A DNA stretch of 64,000 nt. Origin: Acidobacteriota bacterium. GTDB lineage: Bacteria > Acidobacteriota > UBA6911 > RPQK01 > JAJDTT01. The position numbers were made by a program, and so were the translations under genes. Positions 47,086 through 56,990 of this stretch are shown in pieces. The DNA is taken from positions 1,984,001 through 2,048,000 of the forward strand of contig OZ242374.1 in NCBI GenBank assembly GCA_965209055.1, written 5' to 3'. The first letter of the stretch is position 1. Each line of letters starts with the position of its first letter. Below the pieces are notes generated by a model. It did not search any database, had not been told where the DNA came from, and was given only the letters and a program-made list of their open reading frames with translations.

Positions 47086-47951
47086 GAAGGCGATGGCTCC
47101 TTGCGGTCCTGGCGATCGCGATCGGGTGTTCGAGCCAGGCCGAGCGGCACGTCCCCGCGCCGAGGCTCGCGAAGCCGCAGCGCATCGCTTCTCTGTCACT
47201 CGGAACGGACGAGATCCTCTGCGCCTTGGTCAGCCCGGAAAGGATCGTCGGGCTGTCGCGGCATTCGGACAATCCGAAAGTCAGCCACGTCGCCGAAATC
47301 GCCCGCCGAGTCGGCGCCACCCTCGACCGCGATCCCGAGCGGATCGTCGCCCTCGAGCCCGACCTGGTGCTGGCGGCGCGCTACTCGAAGATCGAGCTGC
47401 GCGAGCTGGTCAACCAGACCGGCGCGCCGGTGGTGGTGAGCACGGCATTCGTTTCGTTCTCCGACATCCAAGACAACATCGCGAACATCGGGCGCGCGGT
47501 CGGCGAGCCTGAACGCGCCGCGGACTTGATCGCGGAAATGGACCTTCGGCTTGCTGACGCCGCCGGCCGGCCGGAGTCTCCGCGCGAAGGCTGGAGGCTG
47601 CTCTACTACGCGCCGTCCGGCTGGACGGCCGGCGACCGGACGACGGTGGACGAGGTGATTCGCGCGGCCGGTTACCGCAATGCCGCCGCGACGGCCGGCA
47701 TCTCCAGTCACCAGAAGATCACGCCCGAGAAAGTGCTCGAAATCGACCCCGACGCCCTGCTCATCGGCGTCGGGTACGCCCGCGACACAGGCTTTCGCGA
47801 GCGGCTTGAAGCCGACCCGCAACTGGCAACGCTCGCCGCCCTCCACAAGGGGCGCATCGCCGAGTTGCCTGCCAAGCGGCTGCTCTCGGTCTCCCAACAT
47901 CTGGCGGAAGCCGTCCCGGCGCTCGTTGACGCCGTCGAGGCACTGCCTTAA
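47082..47951 (+). CDS. BtuF-like ABC substrate-binding lipoprotein
   Basis: Lipobox AIGC; PQRIASLSLGTDEIL, ERIVALEPDLV; ATGA overlap with upstream gene. Confidence 0.85.
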   Translation: MRRRWLLAVLAIAIGCSSQAERHVPAPRLAKPQRIASLSLGTDEILCALVSPERIVGLSRHSDNPKVSHVAEIARRVGATLDRDPERIVALEPDLVLAARYSKIELRELVNQTGAPVVVSTAFVSFSDIQDNIANIGRAVGEPERAADLIAEMDLRLADAAGRPESPREGWRLLYYAPSGWTAGDRTTVDEVIRAAGYRNAAATAGISSHQKITPEKVLEIDPDALLIGVGYARDTGFRERLEADPQLATLAALHKGRIAELPAKRLLSVSQHLAEAVPALVDAVEALP

Positions 47952-47971
47952 CCCCGCACGGATGAAAACCC

Positions 47972-50404
47972 ATGAAATCCCGATTCCTTCTCGATTGTTC
48001 CACTCCCGCGCTTCTTGCCGGCCTGCTGGCAGCCGTCTTGACGCCAGTCGCGCTGTTGGCCGACAGCATCTCAGGCCGCGTGCTCGACCCCGACGGTTTG
48101 GCGGTCTCCAATGCCCGCATCCGGCTCTTCGACCGCAACAGCGGCGAGCTGCGGAAAACGATCAGCCGCGGCGACGGCTCCTATTTGATTCAAGGCGTGC
48201 CGGACGGCCAATACCTGATCGAGGCGGGCACCGAGGATGCCGTGTTGAGCGGTCAGCAGCTGATCCGGGTCGAGGGCGCACAGACGGTTGACCTGGAGCT
48301 GGAGATCTCCGGCGCCGAGGTGGAGGTCGTCGTGACGGCGTCGAGCACTCCGCTGACGCTGGAAGAGGTCGCCAAGGCGCTCGACGTCGTCGACTCCGAG
48401 CAGATCGCGCTTCGCAATGAGTTCGCCCTCTCGGAAGCCATCCGGAACATACCGGGTGTGCGGGTGCAGCAGCTCCGGGGCCCCGGAAGCTTCACCACGG
48501 TGCAGACCCGCGGCTTGCGCAACCACGACACGGCCGTCCTCATCGACGGGCTGCGCTTCCGTGACGCGGCAGGGACGCAGGGCGACGCGACGTCCTTTTA
48601 CCAGAACATGAATATCGTCGACACCGAACGCGTCGAGTTCTTGCGCGGCTCCGGCTCGTCGCTCTACGGCTCACACGCCATCGGCGGCGTGATGAATATC
48701 AGCTCGAGCCAGGGCGGCGGCCGTCCGCACGGCGAGTTCCGCGCCGAAGGCGGCGGGCTCGGCATGAGGCGCGGAGTCGGCCGCATCGGCGGGGGCCTCG
48801 CGGACGACCGCTTCGTCTACAGTGGCGGCTTCTCCCACTTGAACGTCGTCGACGGCTATCGCGGCGGAAGCCCGTATCGGAACAACAGCGCGCAGGGATT
48901 CGCCAAGGTTTCGTTCAATCCGAAGGTTTCATTGAGCGGGCGAGTGTGGGGCTCCGATGCCATTCTCGGGCTGACCGAGAGCCCCGCTTTCCCCGATTCC
49001 GTCGTCGCCAACTTCCCTGCGGCAGGTAACGTGCCGGCGCGCCCGCTGCCCAATTCCGAGCTCAGCCGTTTCGAGCAGGGAATGCCCTTCAATGCCGGCT
49101 CGGCGACCTTCGTTCCCGCTCAAATCGACCCGGACAACCGCCGCGTCTCGTCTTTCCTGGCGACGGCGTTGATCTTTCAGCACCAGCTCACGCCGGACGG
49201 CTCGTATCGGTTCTCCTACCAGAACGTCGACACCAACCGCTCCTTCCAAGACGGTCCGGCCGGTCCCGGGCGGTTCGATCCGGTGTTCAACAACGACAGC
49301 CGATTCGACGGGCAGACACACACCTTCCAGGCGCGCACCGACCACCGTTTGGGCGCCTACAACCAAGTCACTCTCGGCTATGAGTACGAGGACGAGAAGT
49401 ACTTCAATTTCAATACCGACGAGAGCCCATCACCGCCCGACAGCACGATCGACATCGACCAGGCGAGCCACGCACTGTTCGCGCAAAACCAGATTCGCCT
49501 GTTGCAGGGCGCGCTGATCGTCTCGCTCTCGGGCCGAATTCAGTTCTTCGATCTCGGCTTGCCGCGGTTCTCCGGAACGCAGAGCCCGTATGAAGACACG
49601 GAGGTCGACACCCCGGCCAGCGCCTACACCGGCGACGCCGCCGTGGCCTACTTCGTACGGGGCAGTCAGACCAAGCTGCGCGCCCACGTCGGCAACAGCT
49701 TCCGGGCGCCGTCGCTGTACGAGCGCTTCGGGGGCTCGTTCTCGTCGTTCTCCGGGGGGTTCAACTATTGGGGCGACCCGCGTCTGAATCCTGAGCGTGC
49801 GATCTCGGTCGACGGCGGCATCGACCAGTGGTTGTTCGGCTCGAAATGGCGGATGAGCGGGACGTTCTTCTACACCAACCTGCACGAGACCGTGATTTTC
49901 GATTTCGCCAATTTCCCCGCGAACGACATCTTCGGCCGCTTCGGCGGTTACCGGAACGCCGGCGGCGGCATCGCGCGCGGCGTCGAGTTCAGCACCCAGG
50001 TCTCGCCGACGTCCCGCACCAGAATTCAGGCGGCGTACACCTACACAAACTCGGATTCACGCACCCCGACGATCGGCGCCGACTACTTCCAGATCCCGGG
50101 GCTTTCCAAGCACGTCTACACGTTGACCGCAACCCAGTGGATTGCGAAGCGGTTCAACGTCACCTTCGACCTGTTCGCCGCCAGCGACTACATCCTCTCG
50201 CCGTTCGGCGCGCGCCGCCGCCTCATGCTCTTCGACGGCCCCGTAAAGGCCGACGTTGTCTTCCGGTATGACCTCCCGGTCGCCGACCAGAGAACCCTCG
50301 AGCTGTACGTCAAAGTCGAAAACGTCTTCGACAACGACATCTACGAGGACGGATTCGGATCGCCCGGCGCTTGGGCGATCGGCGGGATTTGCTTCAAGTT
50401 CTAG
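47972..50404 (+). CDS. btuB: TonB-dependent receptor, probable cobalamin receptor
   Basis: Signal peptide; VVVTAS, IRNIPGV, VLIDG, ERVEFLRGSGSSLYGSHAIGGV plug motifs; C-terminal F; B12 riboswitch operon. Confidence 0.85.
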   Translation: MKSRFLLDCSTPALLAGLLAAVLTPVALLADSISGRVLDPDGLAVSNARIRLFDRNSGELRKTISRGDGSYLIQGVPDGQYLIEAGTEDAVLSGQQLIRVEGAQTVDLELEISGAEVEVVVTASSTPLTLEEVAKALDVVDSEQIALRNEFALSEAIRNIPGVRVQQLRGPGSFTTVQTRGLRNHDTAVLIDGLRFRDAAGTQGDATSFYQNMNIVDTERVEFLRGSGSSLYGSHAIGGVMNISSSQGGGRPHGEFRAEGGGLGMRRGVGRIGGGLADDRFVYSGGFSHLNVVDGYRGGSPYRNNSAQGFAKVSFNPKVSLSGRVWGSDAILGLTESPAFPDSVVANFPAAGNVPARPLPNSELSRFEQGMPFNAGSATFVPAQIDPDNRRVSSFLATALIFQHQLTPDGSYRFSYQNVDTNRSFQDGPAGPGRFDPVFNNDSRFDGQTHTFQARTDHRLGAYNQVTLGYEYEDEKYFNFNTDESPSPPDSTIDIDQASHALFAQNQIRLLQGALIVSLSGRIQFFDLGLPRFSGTQSPYEDTEVDTPASAYTGDAAVAYFVRGSQTKLRAHVGNSFRAPSLYERFGGSFSSFSGGFNYWGDPRLNPERAISVDGGIDQWLFGSKWRMSGTFFYTNLHETVIFDFANFPANDIFGRFGGYRNAGGGIARGVEFSTQVSPTSRTRIQAAYTYTNSDSRTPTIGADYFQIPGLSKHVYTLTATQWIAKRFNVTFDLFAASDYILSPFGARRRLMLFDGPVKADVVFRYDLPVADQRTLELYVKVENVFDNDIYEDGFGSPGAWAIGGICFKF

Positions 50405-50425
50405 ACCAGACCGGGGAGACGATCC

Positions 50426-51013
50426 ATGACGACCGCCAAGATCGACCGCAAGCTCGGCCACGAAGTCGAGCGCCATCCGGACGGCGCGCTGACACGCCAC
50501 ACCTACTTTGAACCGCATGAGGACGTCATGCGCGAGCTTGTCCGGGACCTGTTCGAGGAAAACTGGCGGCACATCGTCGTCGGCCCTTGCCTCGAAGGCG
50601 CCGTCTTCGAGGTCTGCTTCACCGAGAAGCCCAAGGTCCGCGTCAGCGACGGTTACCTGACGGTTGACTTGGGGCCCTGGCACTTTCATCTGTGCATCGG
50701 CAAGCACAAGGGCTCGCCGTCCGAGGAACTGCGCGAGAACCGGCCCGTCGCCTGCATTTCCCTGTGGGAACGGCGAGGCAAGGGTTGCCTCCACGGCCGG
50801 AGCTGGGGTTTGCGTCTGTGGAACGGCTACGGCGAGCAGATGACCACAGTCTTTCTGCCGAATCCCTGGCTGACCGATGACATGCAGGTTCTCAAGCAGC
50901 CCAACTGGAGCCGTCTCGAACTCTACTACCGGCTGCGCGAGAAGTACTTGGGCAAGGCGATTCCGGCGGACTTTGAGCAGGCCGCCAGCTCATCGTGGGA
51001 AGACCAGGGATGA
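50426..51013 (+). CDS. Hypothetical cytoplasmic protein, possibly HutX/ChuX-like fold
   Basis: GAVFEV...WHFHLCIG...SWGLRLWNGYGEQMTTVFLPNP; GGGGAG RBS; translationally coupled to the next gene. Confidence 0.65.
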   Translation: MTTAKIDRKLGHEVERHPDGALTRHTYFEPHEDVMRELVRDLFEENWRHIVVGPCLEGAVFEVCFTEKPKVRVSDGYLTVDLGPWHFHLCIGKHKGSPSEELRENRPVACISLWERRGKGCLHGRSWGLRLWNGYGEQMTTVFLPNPWLTDDMQVLKQPNWSRLELYYRLREKYLGKAIPADFEQAASSSWEDQG

Positions 51014-52002
51014 TCCTTCTTCGCTTTGCCATCGGACTCTGCCTGGCTGTCGCCGTCGCGTTGGTCGCGATCGAGGCGCTCAGCGACGGCCGTGGACGGT
51101 TTCGGCTCAAGCCGCGCTCGGCGGCGACGGCTGAGCGGGATAAGAGTCTGGACGATCCCTTTCCACGGACCGTTGCCGACGATACCGGCCACACGATGAC
51201 GATTCCGAGCCCGCCGCAGCGGATCGTCTCGCATGAGCCGACGATGGACGAGATCCTGTTCGCCATCGTCGAGGAAAGCCGCATCGTCGCCGTCAGCCGC
51301 AGTGCTTTCGATGCGCGCTACAGCAACGTTGCCGCCAAGGTCGAGCGGCTCGGTTTGCCGACCAGCGAGGATCCCGAAGCCGTACTGCGCCTCCGGCCCG
51401 AGCTGATCCTCGCCGGCGCCCACGCTCGTGCGGAATGGGTCGACCTGTTGCGCTACAGCCGGGCACCGATCTACCGCGTCGACAACAGCACGGTAAGGCT
51501 CGCGGATCTGGAACGTCTCGTCCTTCGCATCGGCTACCTCGCCGGGACCGACGACCGCGCGGCGGAGGTGGCGGCGGCCTTTCGAGACCGGCTCGAGCGG
51601 GTGCGCGCGCGACGGACTGCCGGCTCGGCAGACCGGCCTCGGATTCTCGGCTACAACCGCTCGATGTCGTACGGCTACGGGGGGGAGACGCTGTTCCACG
51701 ATATCGTCACGCTGCTCGGGGGCGTGAACGTCGGCGCCGAGCAGGGCCTCAAGGGCTACGACGGCATCTCGAGCGAGCAGATCGCCGCCTGGGACCCGGA
51801 GTGGATCGTCACCGGGGCCGATCCCGGGCAGAGCGTGCCGCTGCGACAAGCACTGCTGAGCGATCCCGGTGTGGCGATGACCACCGCAGCCCGCACGGGT
51901 CGGATCCTGATTCTGCCGAACAACGTGTTTCTGGCCATGTCGCACCACGTGATCGCCCTCGTCGAAAGCATGGCCGCGGCGCTCTACCCGGAGGCGCCAT
52001 GA
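51010..52002 (+). CDS. BtuF-like ABC substrate-binding protein 2
   Basis: FPRTVADDTG...PPQRIVS, EAVLRLRPELI, SSEQIAAWDPEWIV. Confidence 0.85.
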   Translation: MILLRFAIGLCLAVAVALVAIEALSDGRGRFRLKPRSAATAERDKSLDDPFPRTVADDTGHTMTIPSPPQRIVSHEPTMDEILFAIVEESRIVAVSRSAFDARYSNVAAKVERLGLPTSEDPEAVLRLRPELILAGAHARAEWVDLLRYSRAPIYRVDNSTVRLADLERLVLRIGYLAGTDDRAAEVAAAFRDRLERVRARRTAGSADRPRILGYNRSMSYGYGGETLFHDIVTLLGGVNVGAEQGLKGYDGISSEQIAAWDPEWIVTGADPGQSVPLRQALLSDPGVAMTTAARTGRILILPNNVFLAMSHHVIALVESMAAALYPEAP

Positions 52003-52979
52003 CGCGGTCGACCCAGGCGGCGCTGATTGCGGGCGGGCTGCTTTGCGCAGCTCTCTTCGTCGCAGCATGGCGTTTCGGCGGCGATTTGGCGCCGTTGTCG
52101 GGAACGCGGAAGACCTGGGAAGGCGCGTCGGCAAGCGAGCCGTTCCCGAGGACCGCCCGCGACATCCACGGCGTCGAGTTGACGCTCGACGGCCCCCCTC
52201 AATCGCTGGTTTCGCAAGCACTCGTGACCGACCACTTTCTGTTTGCAGTTGTGCCGCACGAGCGCATCGTTGGGGTCAGCGCCGCGGCCCACGACCCGCG
52301 CTACAGTTTTGTGGCGGACATCGTGAGCCGGATGGACGTCGTCGTCACGTCCGAGCCCGAAGCGGTTCTGCGCCGGAAGCCGGAGCTGATGCTGGTGGCC
52401 GAGTCCGCCCGGGCCGACTATGTGGAGATGACCCGCGCGTCCGGCGTACCGGTTTTCCGCATGCGCACGGTTTCGGAAACCTTCGACCAGATCGCCGAGG
52501 GTCTGGAAACGACAGGCTATTTGACGGGCGAGGACGCCGCCGCCGACCGCGAGATCGGCCGGTTGCGGGAGCGAATTCGCGCCGCCCGTGCGCGCCGCCC
52601 GGCGGACGCCCCGGCGCGCCGCGTACTCGCCTTCTCGAGCTTCTCCTACACCTACGGCGAGGGATCGTTGTTCGACCACATCGTCACCGCTCTCGGCGCC
52701 GTCAACGTGGGCGCGGAGCAGGGGATCGGCCCCTACGGATCCATCAGCAGCGAACACGTCGCCTCCTGGAATCCGGACTGGATCGTTTGCGCCGGGGAGC
52801 CGGATTCGATCGAAAGCGTCCGCGAACGCCTGCTGGCGGATCCCGGCGTCACCGTGACCGCGGCCGGCCGGGAGCGGCAAATCCTGGTGGTCGAGAACCG
52901 CCGCTACTTGTCCATGTCCCAGCACGCCGTGGGGCTGATGGAAGCCCTCGCCGCCGTGCTCTACCCGGAGGCGAAGTGA
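51999..52979 (+). CDS. BtuF-like ABC substrate-binding protein 3
   Basis: FPRTARDIHG...PPQSLVS, SSEHVASWNPDWIV; paralog of the preceding gene (both end LYPEA). Confidence 0.85.
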   Translation: MTRSTQAALIAGGLLCAALFVAAWRFGGDLAPLSGTRKTWEGASASEPFPRTARDIHGVELTLDGPPQSLVSQALVTDHFLFAVVPHERIVGVSAAAHDPRYSFVADIVSRMDVVVTSEPEAVLRRKPELMLVAESARADYVEMTRASGVPVFRMRTVSETFDQIAEGLETTGYLTGEDAAADREIGRLRERIRAARARRPADAPARRVLAFSSFSYTYGEGSLFDHIVTALGAVNVGAEQGIGPYGSISSEHVASWNPDWIVCAGEPDSIESVRERLLADPGVTVTAAGRERQILVVENRRYLSMSQHAVGLMEALAAVLYPEAK

Positions 52980-54091
52980 GGAGCGAAGCCCTGACGAAGC
53001 AACGCCCCGCCGCGGCGGCTTCCGAGCCGGAGCAGCCCGTCCACGTGCGGATCGGACCGGCGCTGGTCTACTTTCCCGTCGTCTCCACGTTGCTGGCTGT
53101 GGTGGCGGTGGCGGCGGTTTCGATCGGCAGCACGGACATCGCCTGGAGTACGGTTGTGCGGGTGATCGCCGCGTCGATCCTGCCGGAGGGCTGGGTCGAC
53201 GTGACCGGTGTCTCTGAAACGGAACGGGTCATCGTTTGGCTGATTCGCATGCCGCGCGTCATCGTCGCCGCACTGGCCGGCGGCGCGCTGGCTGTGGCCG
53301 GGACGCAGCTCCAGGGCATCTTCCGCAACCCGCTGGCCGAACCGAGCGTGATCGGCGTCAGCCAGGGCGCGGCGTTGGGCGCGGTCATCTCTTTCGTCAC
53401 CGACTTGGCGATGCGGTCGGCCTTGTGGCTGCCGCTTTGCGCCTTTGTCGGGGCCTTCGTGGCGCTGTTCACCGTCTACTTGATCGCCAGCCGGGGCGGG
53501 CGCACGCCCATCGCGACGCTGCTGCTCGCCGGAATCGCTCTCGGCGCTTTGATCAGCGCCGTTTCGTCCCTGCTGATCTCCCTCAGTTTTGTCAACTGGC
53601 AGGTGGCGGCTGAGATTGTCTTCTGGATGATGGGCGGGCTCGACAGCCGCACCTGGACACACGTCTGGATCAGCCTGCCGTTTCTCACGCTGGGGCTGCT
53701 CATCTCGTTGTCGCATACCCGCGACCTCGACCTGCTGCTGCTGGGAGAGGAAACCTCGGCGTCGCTCGGCGTCGAGGTCGAGACCGTGAAACGGACGTTG
53801 CTGACGACGGCGGCGCTGTTGACCGGAGCCGCGGTGGCCGTGAGCGGGGTGATCGGGTTCGTCGGCTTAGTGGTGCCGCACATGATTCGGCTGTTGCTGG
53901 GCCCGTCACATCGGACCTTGCTCCCGGCCAGCGTGCTCACCGGCGCGTTGTTCCTGATCGTGTGCGACCTGCTTGCCCGCACCGTCCATCCGCCTACCGA
54001 GATCCGGCTGGGTATCGTCACCGCGGCGTTCGGAGCACCATTCTTCCTCTACCTGCTCCGTCGGCGACGGAAGGAGATCGGCTACCTGTGA
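52976..54091 (+). CDS. btuC: FecCD/BtuC-family ABC permease
   Basis: IRMPRVIVA, QGIFRNPLAEPSVIGVSQGA, GEETSASLGV, IGFVGLVVPH, GAPFFLYLL. Confidence 0.9.
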   Translation: MRSEALTKQRPAAAASEPEQPVHVRIGPALVYFPVVSTLLAVVAVAAVSIGSTDIAWSTVVRVIAASILPEGWVDVTGVSETERVIVWLIRMPRVIVAALAGGALAVAGTQLQGIFRNPLAEPSVIGVSQGAALGAVISFVTDLAMRSALWLPLCAFVGAFVALFTVYLIASRGGRTPIATLLLAGIALGALISAVSSLLISLSFVNWQVAAEIVFWMMGGLDSRTWTHVWISLPFLTLGLLISLSHTRDLDLLLLGEETSASLGVEVETVKRTLLTTAALLTGAAVAVSGVIGFVGLVVPHMIRLLLGPSHRTLLPASVLTGALFLIVCDLLARTVHPPTEIRLGIVTAAFGAPFFLYLLRRRRKEIGYL

Positions 54092-55332
54092 GTTTGCGAT
54101 TGGAAGGCGCCGGAATCCGGATCGACGGCCGTTGGCTCGTCCGCGGCGTGTCTCTCGAAATCCTGCCTGGGCGCGTCACCGCATTGGTCGGCCCGAATGG
54201 CTCGGGCAAGTCGACCGTCTTGCGGCTCCTTGCCGGTCTGTGGCGTCCGACCGAAGGCCGTGCCACGATCGGCGGTCAGGGGTTCGACGGGCTGACCCGC
54301 CGGGAACTGGCGCGCCGCATCACCTTTGTGCCGCAGGACACCCGTGTCGACTTCGCTTTCACAGTGCGCGATATCGTCGCGATGGGGCGTCATCCGCACC
54401 TCGGCCGTTTCGAATCCCCGACGCGCGTGGACGCGGCGGCGATCGAGGCGGCAATCGAGCGAGCCGACGTCGGCCATCTGGCTGATCGCCTGGTCAACGA
54501 GCTGTCCGGCGGCGAGCAGCAGCGCGTGCTGATCGCCCGCAGCCTGGCAACGCAAGCCGACGTGATCCTGCTCGACGAGCCAACCTCGAGCCTGGACGTG
54601 GATCACACGCTCGATACCCTTGCGCTGCTCCGGGAGTTGACCGGCGAAGGCAAAGCGGTCGCCCTGGCGCTGCACGATCTCAATGCTGTCGTCCGCTGGG
54701 CCGACCACGCGGGCCTGCTGAACGAGGGCGGCCTGCAGGCCTTCGGTCCCGTGCATGAGGTCCTGCGGGAAGAGTTGGTTGAACCCGTGTTCTCCGTCCA
54801 GGTCGAGCGCCTGCACTCGGCCCGGGGGGCCAAGACTCTGGTCTTTCATCGTCGCAATGGGGACCGGACCGGATCCGAGTCGAGGGACCGCTCGCATCTG
54901 GAGCAGTCGCCCATCCACGAAATCCCTCGCCAGGAAGGCGAACGCAAGACAATCCGCGTCCAGGACGGACACCTTTTCGTCTGTCAGGGCTGTTGCTGCG
55001 GTCGAACGGACCGCGGCTTCGCTGCTATTCCGCTCGACGAGTTCAAGCAGCAGTGGAAGGACCGCGGCATTCGGCCGCGGTTTCATCTGACCATCGGCGG
55101 TTGCTTGGGACCTTGCGCCATGGCGAACGTCGTGCTGGTCAGTTTCCGCGGACAGTCCACCTGGCTGCATTCGATCAACGACCCCGGGGACGTGACCCGC
55201 ATTTACGACTACGTGGAGGAAATGCTGTTCGCCGACCGCTGGCTGCCTCCGCCCGACGGCCTGCGCCGGCGGCACTTCCAACGCTACCTGGCCGACAGCA
55301 TCGACCAAACGCAATGCGCGCTCGAACATTGA
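54088..55332 (+). CDS. btuD: BtuD/FepC-like ABC ATPase fused to a thioredoxin-like [2Fe-2S] ferredoxin domain
   Basis: GPNGSGKS, LSGGEQQR, LLDEPT; C-terminal HLFVCQGCCCG...GCLGPC in the same frame. Confidence 0.85.
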   Translation: MSLRLEGAGIRIDGRWLVRGVSLEILPGRVTALVGPNGSGKSTVLRLLAGLWRPTEGRATIGGQGFDGLTRRELARRITFVPQDTRVDFAFTVRDIVAMGRHPHLGRFESPTRVDAAAIEAAIERADVGHLADRLVNELSGGEQQRVLIARSLATQADVILLDEPTSSLDVDHTLDTLALLRELTGEGKAVALALHDLNAVVRWADHAGLLNEGGLQAFGPVHEVLREELVEPVFSVQVERLHSARGAKTLVFHRRNGDRTGSESRDRSHLEQSPIHEIPRQEGERKTIRVQDGHLFVCQGCCCGRTDRGFAAIPLDEFKQQWKDRGIRPRFHLTIGGCLGPCAMANVVLVSFRGQSTWLHSINDPGDVTRIYDYVEEMLFADRWLPPPDGLRRRHFQRYLADSIDQTQCALEH

Positions 55333-56744
55333 TGGTCGGGGGGACCGCCTCCCACGTCGGCAAGAGCTGGATGGCGACCGCGATCTGCCGTTATCTCTAT
55401 CGCCGCGGCGTCTTGGTCGCGCCTTTCAAAGCGCAGAACATGTCCAACAACTCCTACCCCTGCGTAGGAGGCGGTGAGATCGGCCGCGCTCAGGTGGCGC
55501 AGGCCGAGGCTTGCGGTCTCGAACCTTCCCCCGACATGAATCCGATTCTGCTCAAGCCCACCGGCGACCGTGGAAGCCAGGTCGTCGTCCAGGGTAAGGT
55601 GTGGCGGGATCTGTCGGCGCGCGAATACTACCAGCATCATGACTTCCTCATGGGCAAGGTTGCGGAGTCATACGAACGGATGGCCTCCCGGTTCGAGTTT
55701 CTGGTGGTCGAAGGCGCCGGCAGCATCGCCGAGCTCAACCTGAGGAAGACCGATCTCGTCAACCTTGGTCTCGCCGCGTCCTTGGACATCCCTGTGCTGC
55801 TCGTCGCCGACATCGATCGGGGCGGCGTTTTCGCGGCTGTACACGGGACCATCGACTTGCTGAGCCCACGGCAGCGCCGGCTCGTGCAAGCCTTCGCCAT
55901 CAACCGCTTTCGTGGCGACCCGTCGCTATTCGACGAAGGTGTTGAGATCCTCGAGAGCAAGACCGGAAAACCGTGCCTGGGCGTCTTTCCCTTTGCGGCT
56001 GACATCGAACTCGACGCCGAGGACAGCGTCTCGCTTGACACGCAGCCCGTCCGGCGGAACGACAGCGAGCCGGCAATCGCAATCCTGCGCTTCCCTCGCA
56101 TCTCCAACCTGACCGACTTTCGCCTGCTCGGAAACGTGCGCTGGGTCGACCGGCCGACGGACGAGACGTTCCACGCAGTCATCCTGCCAGGAAGCAAGGC
56201 TCCGGCCAGCGACCTCGCCTGGATGCGCGCCCGAGGCCTCGACCGCTGGGTCGTCGACCAGCACGCCGCCGCCGTCCGAATCCTCGGGATCTGCGGCGGC
56301 TACCAGATCCTCGGGCAGGCGATCGAAGATCCGCACGGCGTCGAGTCGGACGAGCCCGTCAGCCGGGGCCTGGGTTTGCTCGCTGTCCACACCGTCCTCG
56401 AAAGAGAAAAAGTCACCGAGCGCGTTCGTGCTCAGACCCTCGGCGGGCATCATTTCGACGCCTACGAAATCCATGTCGGCCGGACCGAGGAACCGCAATA
56501 CGCTTCTCCGCTCGCCTGGATCGGCGCTCGGCCCGTGGGCATTCGCGCCGGCGAGTGCGCCGGCTGCTATCTCCACGGGGCCCTGGAGGACCCGGCAGTC
56601 GTCGAGGAGTGGCTGGGCTTCGCGCCTCGATCCGGGCAACCCAAGCAGGACGCGTATGACGCCATGGCTTCCTGGTTCGAACAACACGCACGGTCTGACG
56701 TTGTGAAACGCCTGCTCCCTGCGCACGGCAGCGATCTGCCATGA
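55314..56744 (+). CDS. cobQ: Cobyric acid synthase (CobQ/CbiP)
   Basis: GTASHVGKS, PFKAQNMSNNS, MNPILLKP, VEGAGS, DIDRGG, GICGGYQ, GCYLHG. Confidence 0.95.
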   Translation: MRARTLMVGGTASHVGKSWMATAICRYLYRRGVLVAPFKAQNMSNNSYPCVGGGEIGRAQVAQAEACGLEPSPDMNPILLKPTGDRGSQVVVQGKVWRDLSAREYYQHHDFLMGKVAESYERMASRFEFLVVEGAGSIAELNLRKTDLVNLGLAASLDIPVLLVADIDRGGVFAAVHGTIDLLSPRQRRLVQAFAINRFRGDPSLFDEGVEILESKTGKPCLGVFPFAADIELDAEDSVSLDTQPVRRNDSEPAIAILRFPRISNLTDFRLLGNVRWVDRPTDETFHAVILPGSKAPASDLAWMRARGLDRWVVDQHAAAVRILGICGGYQILGQAIEDPHGVESDEPVSRGLGLLAVHTVLEREKVTERVRAQTLGGHHFDAYEIHVGRTEEPQYASPLAWIGARPVGIRAGECAGCYLHGALEDPAVVEEWLGFAPRSGQPKQDAYDAMASWFEQHARSDVVKRLLPAHGSDLP

Positions 56745-56990
56745 AATCCGGAGCGCTACTGGTGACATCGGGAGCGGAATCTCCTGCCCTCATCCCACCG
56801 GACCTCAATAGGTCAGTCAATCACTTTCAACCGTCCACCAAAACGGGATAGCCTCAATCACTTTCCCAATACGTCGACCGGAAATCAGCGACGGACGGCA
56901 CCGGAACTCTCGAGATGGCCTGGGTAATGGGCCAGTCGTCCGTCGCGGGAGATCTCTCGGAGACGGGAACCACGCTTTTCAACTGCTAAA

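Noticed and set aside
56741-56851. Short ORF coupled to the cobQ stop (MKSGALLVTSGAES...)
   Set aside because: Only 36 codons with no recognisable family; could be a truncated remnant but cannot be supported.
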